Positions 1 to 8,555 of a DNA stretch of 64,000 bases are shown in pieces (the stretch's first letter is position 1; every line of letters starts with the position of its first letter). Origin of the DNA: Anaerolineae bacterium (GTDB lineage Bacteria; Chloroflexota; Anaerolineae; Fen-1058). The translations under genes and the position numbers were made by a program. The notes under the pieces were generated by a model. The model ran no database searches, was not told the DNA's origin, and saw only the letters and a program-made list of their open reading frames with translations. Location of the stretch: contig DASSFZ010000212.1 in assembly GCA_035693785.1 (NCBI GenBank), positions 4,647 through 68,646 of the forward strand, written 5' to 3'.

Positions 1-191
1 AAGAATGTGAAGTAATCGATCTGGAACGTGGTTGAGCCCGCCGGATACGCAAAGCGCGGCAGCAGGCGCGTCATAGCCGGGCCGAAGGCCAGCAGCAGCA
101 GGACGATGTCGAGCAGGAGCACCGCGAAAAACACCCAGAACTTGCGTATCAACTTCAAGTCGCGCTGCCACACGTCGAATGCGCCGAGCAT
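1..191 (-). CDS. ABC-2 type transporter permease, N-terminal fragment (gene runs off left edge)
   Basis: Own minus-strand translation from ATG 191..189: MLGAFDVWQRDLKLIRKFWVFFAVLLLDIVLLLLAFGPAMTRLLPRFAYPAGSTTFQIDYFTF. It starts 1 nt after the TGA (195..193) of the upstream ATPase. A basic stretch is followed by a hydrophobic helix, as in ABC-2 permeases. Partial, so absent from the ORF track. Confidence 0.55.
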   Translation of the reverse strand, partial: MLGAFDVWQRDLKLIRKFWVFFAVLLLDIVLLLLAFGPAMTRLLPRFAYPAGSTTFQIDYFTF

Positions 192-192
192 A

Positions 193-1149
193 TCAGGCCT
201 CGATTCGCATACCCGTCAGGTTGATGAACGCATCTTCCAGCGTCGGCCCCTGCACCGTCACGGCGTTGGCCGTCACACCGTGGTCGTGCAGATAGTTCAA
301 CACATAGGGCATCTTGCCCACCGCATCGTCGAGATACAGCCGGGCGATACGCTGATGGTAATTGCCCACAATGACGTACTTCTCGATCTCGCCGGCGCGC
401 ACCAGGGGAATCAGCATGGCGTCGGTCAGGTTGGGCGCGTGAACTTCCAGACTGCTCTTGCCGCTCACCTGCGACCTGATCTCGTGTGGCGCACCTTCGG
501 CCACTTTGCGGCCGCGATGCAGAATCGCCAGCCGATCGCACAGGCGATCGGCCTCTTCCATATAGTGCGTGGTGAGGATCACCGTGCAGCCGCGCGCTTT
601 CATTTCGCCGACCATGTCCCACACACTACGCCGAGAGGCCGGGTCCAGGCCGGCGGTTGGCTCGTCCAGGAAGACGAACTGAGGCGAGAGCATCATCACG
701 CGAGCCAGATCGAGCTTGCGCTTCATGCCGCCGGAGAACGAATCAACCAGGTGCCGTTCCTTGCCGTCCAGGTTGGCCCAGCGGAACGCTTCTCGTAGGC
801 GCTGTGCGCGCTCGGCGCCGCGCAGGCCGTGGATCTTGGCGTAGAAATCGAGGTTGTCATACGCCGTCAACATGCAGTCCAGGCAGGCATTCTGCGCGAC
901 GACGCCGATGCGCTGGCGCACCTGGGCGGGCTGCTTGCGCACGTCGTAACCGCCCACACTGGCCGTGCCGGACGAAGGTCGCAAGATGGTTGTCAAGATG
1001 CGCACTGCCGTCGTCTTGCCCGCGCCGTTGGGACCCAGCAGTCCAAAAATCTCGCCGGCCGCCACGTCCAGATCGAGCTCGGCCAACGCCAGGACGTTGC
1101 CGGCGTAGCGCTTGGTCAACTTGTGCGTACGTATTCCGTCGCTCATCAT
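193..1149 (-). CDS. ABC transporter ATP-binding protein (ABC-2/DrrA type, no peptidase or TM domain)
   Basis: Walker A GPNGAGKTT, signature FSGGMKRKL, Walker B FVFLDEPTAGLD. ATGATGA start/stop overlap with the upstream ligase gene; the second ATG (1146) is an equally possible start. Confidence 0.93.
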   Translation of the reverse strand: MMSDGIRTHKLTKRYAGNVLALAELDLDVAAGEIFGLLGPNGAGKTTAVRILTTILRPSSGTASVGGYDVRKQPAQVRQRIGVVAQNACLDCMLTAYDNLDFYAKIHGLRGAERAQRLREAFRWANLDGKERHLVDSFSGGMKRKLDLARVMMLSPQFVFLDEPTAGLDPASRRSVWDMVGEMKARGCTVILTTHYMEEADRLCDRLAILHRGRKVAEGAPHEIRSQVSGKSSLEVHAPNLTDAMLIPLVRAGEIEKYVIVGNYHQRIARLYLDDAVGKMPYVLNYLHDHGVTANAVTVQGPTLEDAFINLTGMRIEA

Positions 1150-2648
1150 CCCTCCACCGGTTGCTCGACCGGCAAAAACCAGCTGCCCGCGCGAATGATC
1201 GGGGACGGGTCGATCAACCGCTCCACTAGGGCTAACAGCGGTTGGTACTCGTCCGGCGCGCGCCCCGACACGGTATCCAGGTACAGGCGCGACTTGAGGG
1301 ACGCGCCGTCCCGAATGGGGATGGCGCCGGGCGGCACGCGAATCGCGGGGAAGAAGAATCGCTGTTTAGCAAAAGCGTGTGTCTCGCGCACTTCCGCCTC
1401 GCTTTTGCCACAGCACGCAGCCAGGATATGTCCGGCCATGCCAGTGTCCACACGCGGCACGTCCGGCGTATCATCTTCCAGGAACGTCACGACGATGCGT
1501 GGAAAGCCGCCATTCAAAGCGTAGTAGACGGGAAAGACGCGCCTGAAACCTTTCAGTTCCTGGGCAATCCATTGCAGGTTGTAAGTGCTGCCATTGATCC
1601 CGATGTAGGGCACTTGGACTTCGTGATCGCGGTGGTGGAAGCGCATAGAGCGTCCAGAGAAGCCACAGGCGCACTCGGCGGCGGGCGAAATTTCGACCAT
1701 GTCGGCGTTCAAGTGCTTGACGATGGGGAACACCGAGTTGGCGCAGGTAATGGCCAGCTCGCCGAAGCCGGTTTTCTCCATGCGGCCATTCTCCGCCTGG
1801 ATGCGGATGTCGCGCCGGCCGATCATACGCTGAAGGTCAAGCCCCTGGTAACACTCGCACGGAAACAGCCTGGTCAGCATCTGCAGCTTGAGGCCGCCCA
1901 ACCGGCCGAGCTGGCTGCTGATGGCCAACTTGAGCATGGTCGCCGGGTCAGCATCCGACAGGTGATACACCTCGCCGATGCCGGCGTGCGAGTAGCCGAA
2001 CAGCCCGCCCTCGGTGCATCCGAACACGCTGCCGTATTGGATGCCCATAGCCTCGATCTTGTGCGCCAGTTCCTGGTTGGGCAGCATCAACACCATCTGG
2101 ATGCCTGCCGCGCGCGGCTCCAGGCCGTGTTCGATCAGGTAGTTGAACCAGATGCCCGGCGAGTTATCCACGATGACATTGGGGCGTTCGCGTTCGATCA
2201 GATCCAAAACGTACGGCGCGTCGGAGAGCCTGTCGCGCGACACACCGACCAGGACCGAGCCAAAAGCCTTGGCACGTTCTTCTTCGTCAGGATTTACACA
2301 AAAGAGAAATCGGGGGCTGCCTTTGATCTGGCTGATAAAATTGAGGAAGATGCTCTGACACAGGAAAAACCATTCGGCTCTGAGCCAGGGAAAAGTGATG
2401 GGGCGATTAGTTGTGCCAGAAGTGTGTCGATACTCGATCTGCGTGTCGGGATAGGCAACCGGCAAGTAGTAGGGTTGGCCGGTTTCTTCCTCGTAGCGGA
2501 TGATGTCGCTTTTGGTGAGAAACGGAATGTCTTGCACGCCGGCCCGCTCCACGTCCACAGCAGCATTGTCGTACAGCCAGCGGTAGAACGGTTTCTCTTG
2601 GTAAGCCTGGCGCGCCAGCGCCAGAATGAATTCGTCACCGTCGTTCAT
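1146..2648 (-). CDS. PaaK / coenzyme F390 synthetase / CapK-like adenylate-forming enzyme (copy 1)
   Basis: N-terminal KPFYRWLYDNAAVDVERAGVQDIPFLTKSDI resembles the PaaK-type motif. ANL nucleotide loop is HTSGTTNRPITFPW. Start moved from 2696 to ATG 2648 (GGAGAA 7 nt upstream). Paralog of 4481-6010. Confidence 0.8.
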   Translation of the reverse strand: MNDGDEFILALARQAYQEKPFYRWLYDNAAVDVERAGVQDIPFLTKSDIIRYEEETGQPYYLPVAYPDTQIEYRHTSGTTNRPITFPWLRAEWFFLCQSIFLNFISQIKGSPRFLFCVNPDEEERAKAFGSVLVGVSRDRLSDAPYVLDLIERERPNVIVDNSPGIWFNYLIEHGLEPRAAGIQMVLMLPNQELAHKIEAMGIQYGSVFGCTEGGLFGYSHAGIGEVYHLSDADPATMLKLAISSQLGRLGGLKLQMLTRLFPCECYQGLDLQRMIGRRDIRIQAENGRMEKTGFGELAITCANSVFPIVKHLNADMVEISPAAECACGFSGRSMRFHHRDHEVQVPYIGINGSTYNLQWIAQELKGFRRVFPVYYALNGGFPRIVVTFLEDDTPDVPRVDTGMAGHILAACCGKSEAEVRETHAFAKQRFFFPAIRVPPGAIPIRDGASLKSRLYLDTVSGRAPDEYQPLLALVERLIDPSPIIRAGSWFLPVEQPVEG

Positions 2649-2706
2649 CAGACTTTCTCCGATCGTCACACATCGCGGTGCTGCCTCTCGCGCCACTGTC
2701 CGTTGC

Positions 2707-4101
2707 TCACAGGCAGGCGGGCTGCGTCGGCGCGGACACTTCCGTCGTTTGCTGCAACTGCAGGTATACAGGCACCAGTTGGCAGTCGAACGACGAGGTC
2801 GCCCTGAGTTGTCCTTGTTCGTAGTACGCCTGCGCCGGGCAGCGGCTGCAATACTTCTGGTAAGCGGGGCACGTCCGGCATTGGTCGGGATCCGCGAACC
2901 AGCGTTCTTCGCGCATTTGGCATAGCGCGGGCGATTGTCGCCAGATGTCGGCGAAACTCTCCCGCTCCAAGTCGCCCACTTCGATCATCAGTCGTTGACA
3001 CGGCGTCACGCGCCCGTTGGGCGTGATGGCATACTTGGTCCGAGCCGCACCACAGTATAAGTTAGGGAAGGGCCGGTACCAACCTCGCGACATCAGGTTT
3101 CGAATCTGGTCGAGCGACAGTCGATCGTTCAGCGTGTCGGTCGCGCCATTGGTGCGGGCGTATACGGCAATCGACAGGATAGGCTGAGACAGTCCCCAGG
3201 TCGCCGATAATCGCGCGAAATTGTCCACATCGTCGAAATTACGGCGAGTGACCACCATCCCCGGAATGACCTTGACGCCATGCTCCCGAAGCAGTGCGAC
3301 GCCGTGGCAGCTGCGTTCAAATGCGCCGTTCCGCCCTGCCAGACGATCGTGAACGTCCGGGCTGCCGCCGTGAAAGGAGACGGCGACGCTTTCGAGAGCC
3401 AGCCGGCCAAGGCGCTCGGCCAGCTCCGGGGTGATCAGCGTGCCGTTCGTCACAACCGATGTGACAAACCCACGCTGCACGGCGTATTCGAGAATCAACA
3501 TGAAGTCGGGGTGCGCCGTCGGTTCGCCGCCGCTCAGGCGGATGCACAGCGTGCCCGCCTCGGCTATTTGATCCAGGATGTCTCGCCAGTGGCTGAAGTC
3601 CAGCGCGCGCCCGCGCTGTCCGGCGTCGTAGCAGTAATAGCACTTCAGATTGCAGGCATGGGTCAGCGTCAGAGTGGCCACCAGTGGGACGCACTTCTCA
3701 TCAGCAGCACCGTAAAAGCGGGCGACCTGCGCAGGTACGGGCAAATTGGAGCGTCGATTCTGACGTGAGAAAGCGGGCGTCGTGCAACCCTCCAGTGTCA
3801 CGAGTCCGCTCTGGTGGAGTGCATGCACAAACCGAGCCACACTGTCCGTGACGGCGGCCAAGTCGGCATCGTAGTGCCGCGCCACGGCGCGCGCCATCTC
3901 CTCGCCTGTTCGGGTGCCGTCAGCCAACTGCCAGATATATGTTCCGACTCGATCCATACGGTGTTGGATGGTCGCACCTTCACGCAGGCTGATGATGAAC
4001 GTGTCGTCGCCGACGGTTCGCGAGCGCGCGGCCTCGTGGCGACTGATCCGGCGTTTCAATTCGTTCGCTGTGGGCTGTTCTGCACGACCGTTGCTGCCCA
4101 T
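2707..4101 (-). CDS. Radical SAM/SPASM peptide maturase with N-terminal PqqD/RRE-like domain (rSAM-1)
   Basis: THACNLKCYYCY (CxxxCxxC). C-terminal SPASM cysteines are CGAARTKYAITPNGRVTPCQ ... CRTCPAYQKYCSRCP. N-terminal FIISLREGATIQHRMDRVGTYIWQLADGTRTGEEMARAVARHY is PqqD-like. Start moved to ATG 4101 (AAGGAG 7 nt upstream). Confidence 0.9.
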   Translation of the reverse strand: MGSNGRAEQPTANELKRRISRHEAARSRTVGDDTFIISLREGATIQHRMDRVGTYIWQLADGTRTGEEMARAVARHYDADLAAVTDSVARFVHALHQSGLVTLEGCTTPAFSRQNRRSNLPVPAQVARFYGAADEKCVPLVATLTLTHACNLKCYYCYDAGQRGRALDFSHWRDILDQIAEAGTLCIRLSGGEPTAHPDFMLILEYAVQRGFVTSVVTNGTLITPELAERLGRLALESVAVSFHGGSPDVHDRLAGRNGAFERSCHGVALLREHGVKVIPGMVVTRRNFDDVDNFARLSATWGLSQPILSIAVYARTNGATDTLNDRLSLDQIRNLMSRGWYRPFPNLYCGAARTKYAITPNGRVTPCQRLMIEVGDLERESFADIWRQSPALCQMREERWFADPDQCRTCPAYQKYCSRCPAQAYYEQGQLRATSSFDCQLVPVYLQLQQTTEVSAPTQPACL

Positions 4102-4307
4102 CCGTACACTCCTTCGTAATCCCGATGGAGAGTGTCGCACTGTCCGGCAGTCGCTAACGAGTGCCTGCCACTAACCGAGACCGCTCAGTCAATCGTGACG
4201 TCCGTGTTGGCCGCAAGGGCCGTGACGCATGCACAGGCAACACTCTCCTCGACAGTCAGGGGAGACAATCCAGCCCTGGCTATGCTCGCTGGCTCGTCAG
4301 TGACGGA

Positions 4308-4388
4308 CTAGCAAGCGGCGGCGCACTCCTTCAGAGCTTCCGCTTCCTCGCCAACATCGAGTGTGATCAGCTCAGGCTCGGCGTACAT
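4308..4388 (-). CDS. Putative RiPP precursor peptide A, 26 aa: MYAEPELITLDVGEEAEALKECAAAC
   Basis: Hand-translated; too short for the ORF track. ATG 4388..4386 is preceded by GGAGG (GGAGGTAAGCAC-ATG). An in-frame TAG six codons upstream fixes the start. Stop is TAG at 4310..4308. It lies upstream of rSAM-1 (about 200 nt before its start) on the same strand. Confidence 0.65.
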   Translation of the reverse strand: MYAEPELITLDVGEEAEALKECAAAC

Positions 4389-4480
4389 GTGCTTACCTCC
4401 TCTCTAGTAGGATGTGAGATCGACTCCCCGGCCGGAGGAATCGCGAAACCGCTCGATGCGTACACTCGCCGGCATTGCCG

Positions 4481-6010
4481 TCAGGCCGGCGTTGGCTGAG
4501 AAACCTCAACGGGCAAGAACCAGCTTCCCGACCGGATGATGGCGGCGCGGTCGACAAGCTGGTCGATCAACGCCAGCACAGGTCGATACTCGTCGGGCAC
4601 GTATCCGGACACCGCATCCAGGTACAGGCGAGATTTGAGCGAATGTTGGTCTCGCAGGGGTATCGTCCCGACCGGAATGCGAACGGCCGGGAAAAATGGC
4701 AAGAAGTTCCTTCTCGATGAGATGAGGCGCATCGTCTCTGAATTGATGCCGGTTGCCGCCGTCATAATGCGCTCAGCCAGGTCGAGATCCAGGCAGGCTG
4801 CCGTCGCGAGTTCGTCTTCAACGAGCGTGACGACTATCCGAACCGTCGGGTCCGGTGCGATATGAATCGGGAAGACGCGCCGAAAGCCCTTCAGCCCGAG
4901 CGCGATGCCTTCCAGGCTGACGTTCATGCCGCCGCCCAGATAAGGAATCTGGACATTATGGTCGCGGCACTCGAACCGCATCGACTGCCCCACGAAGCCG
5001 CAGTCACACTTAGCCTCAGGATGAATCTCGACCCGATCGCTGTTTAAGTACTTGATGAAGGGGAATGCCGAATTCGCGCAAGTGATGACCAACTCGCCTG
5101 CACCGGCAGTGCTCAGTTCCCCATCCACCCGGCGCACTCGAATATCGCGCCGGCCGAACATGGCCTGCAGATCCATACCCTGATAGCAGTCGCAAGGGAA
5201 CAGCCGGCTGAACACCTGTAGCCGGATACCGCCTAACAGCGTTGGAGAGTCGCTGGCGGAACGGATCGGCTCTGCATCGGACAGGTGGTACACATCGCCC
5301 AGGCCGGCGTGCGCATAGCCGAAGAACCCGGCTTCCATACAGCCAAACGCGCTGACGTACTTCAGGCCCAAGGACTCCACCTTCTGGGCCAGTTCGGCGC
5401 TGGGATATGCACAGACCATTTGGATGCCGGCCCGGCACGGATCTAGGCCGTGGTCGAGGAGATAGTTAAACCACAGGCCCGGCGAATTATCGAGAAAGAT
5501 ATTGGGCCGATGCCTGGCGATGAGGTCTAAGACGTAGGGCGCGTCGGCCATGCGATCGTGCGGCACATTCACCAGCACCGACTGGAAGGCTCGCATCTCT
5601 TCCAGTTGATTGGGATTGACGGCGTTGAGGAAACGCGGGCGACCTTTGATTTGCTCGATGAAGTTCAACAGCAAGCTGTTGTAGAGGAACGACCACTCGG
5701 ACTTCAGCCAGGGTATCACCAGAGGCTGGCAGGTTGTGCCGGAGGTACGCAGATATTCCAAGCTGGAATCTGGATAGCCCAGCGGCAGATAATAGGGCTG
5801 CCCCGTCTCTTCCTCGTAGTGGAAGAAGTCCTTCTTGGTGATGAAGGGCAATCGTCGCACGTCCGCGTGTTCTACGTCCACGCTTGCGTTATCATAAAAC
5901 CAGCGGTAAAAGGGCTTTTCCTGATAAGCCTCGCGAGCGAGTGAGAGGATAAACTCGTCTCGCTGCCTCAGCCGCCCAACCGCGTTTTTCTCCTCGTGTC
6001 GCTTATCCAT
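4481..6010 (-). CDS. PaaK / coenzyme F390 synthetase / CapK-like adenylate-forming enzyme (copy 2)
   Basis: KPFYRWFYDNASVDVEHADVRRLPFITKKDF and RTSGTTCQPLVIPW. Clearly paralogous to 1146-2648 along its whole length. Start moved to ATG 6010 (GGAAGG upstream). Confidence 0.8.
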   Translation of the reverse strand: MDKRHEEKNAVGRLRQRDEFILSLAREAYQEKPFYRWFYDNASVDVEHADVRRLPFITKKDFFHYEEETGQPYYLPLGYPDSSLEYLRTSGTTCQPLVIPWLKSEWSFLYNSLLLNFIEQIKGRPRFLNAVNPNQLEEMRAFQSVLVNVPHDRMADAPYVLDLIARHRPNIFLDNSPGLWFNYLLDHGLDPCRAGIQMVCAYPSAELAQKVESLGLKYVSAFGCMEAGFFGYAHAGLGDVYHLSDAEPIRSASDSPTLLGGIRLQVFSRLFPCDCYQGMDLQAMFGRRDIRVRRVDGELSTAGAGELVITCANSAFPFIKYLNSDRVEIHPEAKCDCGFVGQSMRFECRDHNVQIPYLGGGMNVSLEGIALGLKGFRRVFPIHIAPDPTVRIVVTLVEDELATAACLDLDLAERIMTAATGINSETMRLISSRRNFLPFFPAVRIPVGTIPLRDQHSLKSRLYLDAVSGYVPDEYRPVLALIDQLVDRAAIIRSGSWFLPVEVSQPTPA

Positions 6011-6072
6011 TCCGAACCTTCCATCCCCGCCACGGCCAACCGATAGTCGCACGCGCGAATGTCGCCGGGCCG

Positions 6073-6630
6073 TCACGCCAAGGCGGTGTCAGCCATGACG
6101 AGCAGGTCTTCTCCGACGTCGATAGCGTCGTGTCGCTGGTCGGCGAACTGCGCCAATCGCCCCGTTAGGAGCGCCAGGCCGGACACGATCGATTCGCGTT
6201 CGAGGGCTGATAAGCCTGACAGCAGCCCCTGGAAAAACACGTTTTGCAACGTCCGAATTTGCGTGCTGCGCGCTTCGCCGCTCTCTGACAGCTTCAGACA
6301 AACGACACGCCGATCCCGTTCGTCGCACATCCGCTCTGTCAGGTTGGCTTTGACAAGCTTATCCGCGACCCGCGTCACCGTGCTGGCCGCCAACTTGGTA
6401 TAGTCGCTGATTTCGGTCATCGTCATCGGGCCGTTGACTTGCAGACCCATTAAGATGTAGCTTTGCAAAATGGTGATGTCCAGGGCGCCTAGCATCTCGC
6501 GGCTTAATACATAAAACAGGCGTATCAACTGCGGCAGATCGCGTTGCAGCCTGTTTGCCTCCGATAGATTCACGCTGGCTGGGTCGCAACACAACCGCTC
6601 GACGTACTCTTCCATCTGACGCCTCTTCAC
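6073..6630 (-). CDS. MarR family transcriptional regulator
   Basis: Winged-helix core LQSYILMGLQVNGPMTMTEISDYTKLAASTVTRVADKLVKANLTERMCDERDRRVVCLKLSESG is typical of MarR. An alternative start exists at MEEYV (6615). Confidence 0.85.
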   Translation of the reverse strand: MKRRQMEEYVERLCCDPASVNLSEANRLQRDLPQLIRLFYVLSREMLGALDITILQSYILMGLQVNGPMTMTEISDYTKLAASTVTRVADKLVKANLTERMCDERDRRVVCLKLSESGEARSTQIRTLQNVFFQGLLSGLSALERESIVSGLALLTGRLAQFADQRHDAIDVGEDLLVMADTALA

Positions 6631-6661
6631 ACAGTTCGCGCGGCTCCGTGTCGCAGCGCAA

Positions 6662-8077
6662 TTAGGCCAGAGCGGCTACCATCTGATCACGCTGATCGAT
6701 GTAGGCAATCGCATGCGCCAATTGGCAGGCTTCTTGACAACGGCCGTCAAACGTCGTGCTCTCCAGATACGACAGGCCCACGCAATCGACGCAGTAAGAT
6801 CGCACACGGCATTCGCGACAGCCCGCCCGGTCTTTCGTCTCCAAATAAGAGCGGAAGCGAGCGATCCACTCCTGGCGCTCGGGGGAACGCAAAACCGTCT
6901 CGAAAGAATGGTGAGCCAGGTTGCCCAATTCGATCGTCGATAACATCTCGCATGGGTGCAACGAGCCATCCGGCCCTATGCGAAATCGGCTGACCCCCGC
7001 CGTGCATCGGCTGCGCCGCAGCGTGATGCCCAGTTGTGGCGTCATCGCCCTGAATTGTTCGCGAGTCGCCCGGTATTGCGTTGGAGCGGCGTTGCGCTGA
7101 ATCGTGGGATATACGAGCGGGCTGACCTGAAACCGAATGCCCAGTGAGTCCAGCCGGCGCTTGATCTCCAACAACTGATCGGCATTGTCGCTCATCAGTG
7201 TGCTGGTGACCGTGACCGGAACGCCGTGGGTATGGAGCGCCACAATCCCCTTCCACGTCCTCTTGAAGGAACGTGCGTTCCGCACAAAACGGTTGTGGTA
7301 GGCTTCTAAGCCGTATATGGGCACCCGCACCTCGACCAGCGAAACAGAGGCGAGCAATTCGACTAGTTCTTCGTCAAGCCGCGTACCGTTAGTCAGCAGT
7401 TCCACGGCGAAGTGCAGTTCATGAGCACGCTGCAGTATCTTGGTGAAGGCACGGTGCAGCGTCGGCTCGCCGCCAGTCAGAATCAACTCCAACACGCCGG
7501 CTTGCGCCATCTCGTCCAGGAGTTCTAGCTGGCGCGAAGTGGAGAGCGCCGACGTGCCCGGCACGCCTACGCCGAACCCCAAGTAACAATGCTGGCAGTG
7601 ATGATTGCAGTGATGCGTCAACTCAAAGAAGACCTTGAGCGGCAGCACCTGGGCGCTGGCCTTTTCAAACATAGTATCCAACACATCGGCTTCGGACACT
7701 TCCGGCTCGCCTCCGTTCGACACGGGTGATCTGAGCGAGAGGCTCGTCGCGCCATTCGGGGATTCTTCGGTGAACAAGCCCGCCGCCACAGCCGACACCA
7801 GAAACTCCTCCAGACCGGAGTCGAATTCATCGGGCGATACATCGAAGCGGGCGAGTATCTCGTCTCTGAATGCGTCGAAGGCCGCGCGCCGTTCGACGGA
7901 CGAGAACACTTCGACGCCAAGCCCGCCGACAATGGCGAATCGGTTCTCAACCTTTGCGCCTGTTCGCCAGCAGAACACTTCATCACCGACGAAGCGATAG
8001 GCCAGGTTGTCCGCGATCTTCAGGTGAGACCATGCCTGCCCGACTTTCCCGTCAGCACCAGAATCGTGATCGTTCAC
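6662..8077 (-). CDS. Radical SAM/SPASM peptide maturase with N-terminal PqqD/RRE-like domain (rSAM-2)
   Basis: THHCNHHCQHCY (CxxxCxxC). SPASM cysteines are CTAGVSRFRIGPDGSLHPCE ... CRECRVRSYCVDC. GTG start at 8077 with AGGAGA upstream. Confidence 0.9.
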   Translation of the reverse strand: MNDHDSGADGKVGQAWSHLKIADNLAYRFVGDEVFCWRTGAKVENRFAIVGGLGVEVFSSVERRAAFDAFRDEILARFDVSPDEFDSGLEEFLVSAVAAGLFTEESPNGATSLSLRSPVSNGGEPEVSEADVLDTMFEKASAQVLPLKVFFELTHHCNHHCQHCYLGFGVGVPGTSALSTSRQLELLDEMAQAGVLELILTGGEPTLHRAFTKILQRAHELHFAVELLTNGTRLDEELVELLASVSLVEVRVPIYGLEAYHNRFVRNARSFKRTWKGIVALHTHGVPVTVTSTLMSDNADQLLEIKRRLDSLGIRFQVSPLVYPTIQRNAAPTQYRATREQFRAMTPQLGITLRRSRCTAGVSRFRIGPDGSLHPCEMLSTIELGNLAHHSFETVLRSPERQEWIARFRSYLETKDRAGCRECRVRSYCVDCVGLSYLESTTFDGRCQEACQLAHAIAYIDQRDQMVAALA

Positions 8078-8195
8078 ACCATATTCTCCTGATCGAGTAT
8101 CAACACGTCCGGCTCATAGCCCCTGAAACCGTGGCGGGGCGCCTCTGGGCACGCTGCGCCAAATCCGTCCTTTATGGTCTCACCGTTGAGAACCA

Positions 8196-8225
8196 CGAGC
8201 GCCCGGTTTCGGCGCTCGGTTTTTG
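8196..8225. terminator. GC-rich hairpin with flanking A5/T5 tracts between precursor B and rSAM-2
   Basis: CGAGCGCC-cggtttc-GGCGCTCG (8 bp stem) is followed by gTTTTTg on the plus strand. On the coding (minus) strand the stem is preceded by AAAAA and followed only by a weak U-containing tail (GUGGUUCUC). Confidence 0.35.
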
Positions 8226-8261
8226 CCCCCCCGCCTTACGGTGTATCGAAGAGCGACTCGA

Positions 8262-8330
8262 TTAGCAGCCTGAGCCGCACGCAACGGCGCCACTGGTGCG
8301 GCGCGTCTTTCCAACGACGAGCTTGAACAT
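8262..8330 (-). CDS. Putative RiPP precursor peptide B, 22 aa: MFKLVVGKTRRTSGAVACGSGC (34 aa if started at ATG 8366)
   Basis: Hand-translated. ATG 8330..8328 is preceded by AAGGAGG (AAGGAGGTATAAGC-ATG). Stop is TAA at 8264..8262. An in-frame upstream ATG at 8366 would give MFRILNFQGGISMFKLVV... but has no SD. The ORF lies between rSAM-3 and rSAM-2 on the same strand. Confidence 0.6.
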   Translation of the reverse strand: MFKLVVGKTRRTSGAVACGSGC

Positions 8331-8555
8331 GCTTATACCTCCTTGGAAGTTCAGAATTCGGAACATGGTGCCATCCACATCTCGGCAGATACTCACGACC
8401 GATTCGCGAGATGCCAATCAGCACACAAGCTGACTGTACACGAGACCGTCAAGGGCGTGGTACACCAACGGGCCCAGAGGCAACAAGTTGATACCAACTC
8501 TGTTTTAACCAATGTCAGTTGATGCCCTCATGAGTGCGCGCCACAGGCAGTGGCC

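Noticed and set aside
1242-2807. Long ORFs antisense to clear enzyme genes. Examples: 1242-2807 (+), 12625-13830 (+), 19078-20295 (+), 30201-31856 (+), 43449-44438 (-), 47162-48220 (+), 54829-55719 (-), 57738-58619 (+).
   Set aside because: They are Arg/Ala/Gly/Pro-rich and have no recognisable motifs. They mirror strongly supported genes on the opposite strand. Open antisense frames of this kind are expected in GC-rich DNA.
4161-4499. 112-aa plus-strand ORF across the precursor A region.
   Set aside because: It lies opposite to the direction of the operon. It has no SD and no motifs. It overlaps the well-defined minus-strand short ORF.
8236-8424. 62-aa ORF (MLIGISRIGREY...) covering the same DNA as precursor B in another frame.
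   Set aside because: It has a GTG start without an SD and an Arg-rich composition, and it reads through the AAGGAGG site of the short ORF. The short SD-preceded frame ending in CGSGC is more credible.
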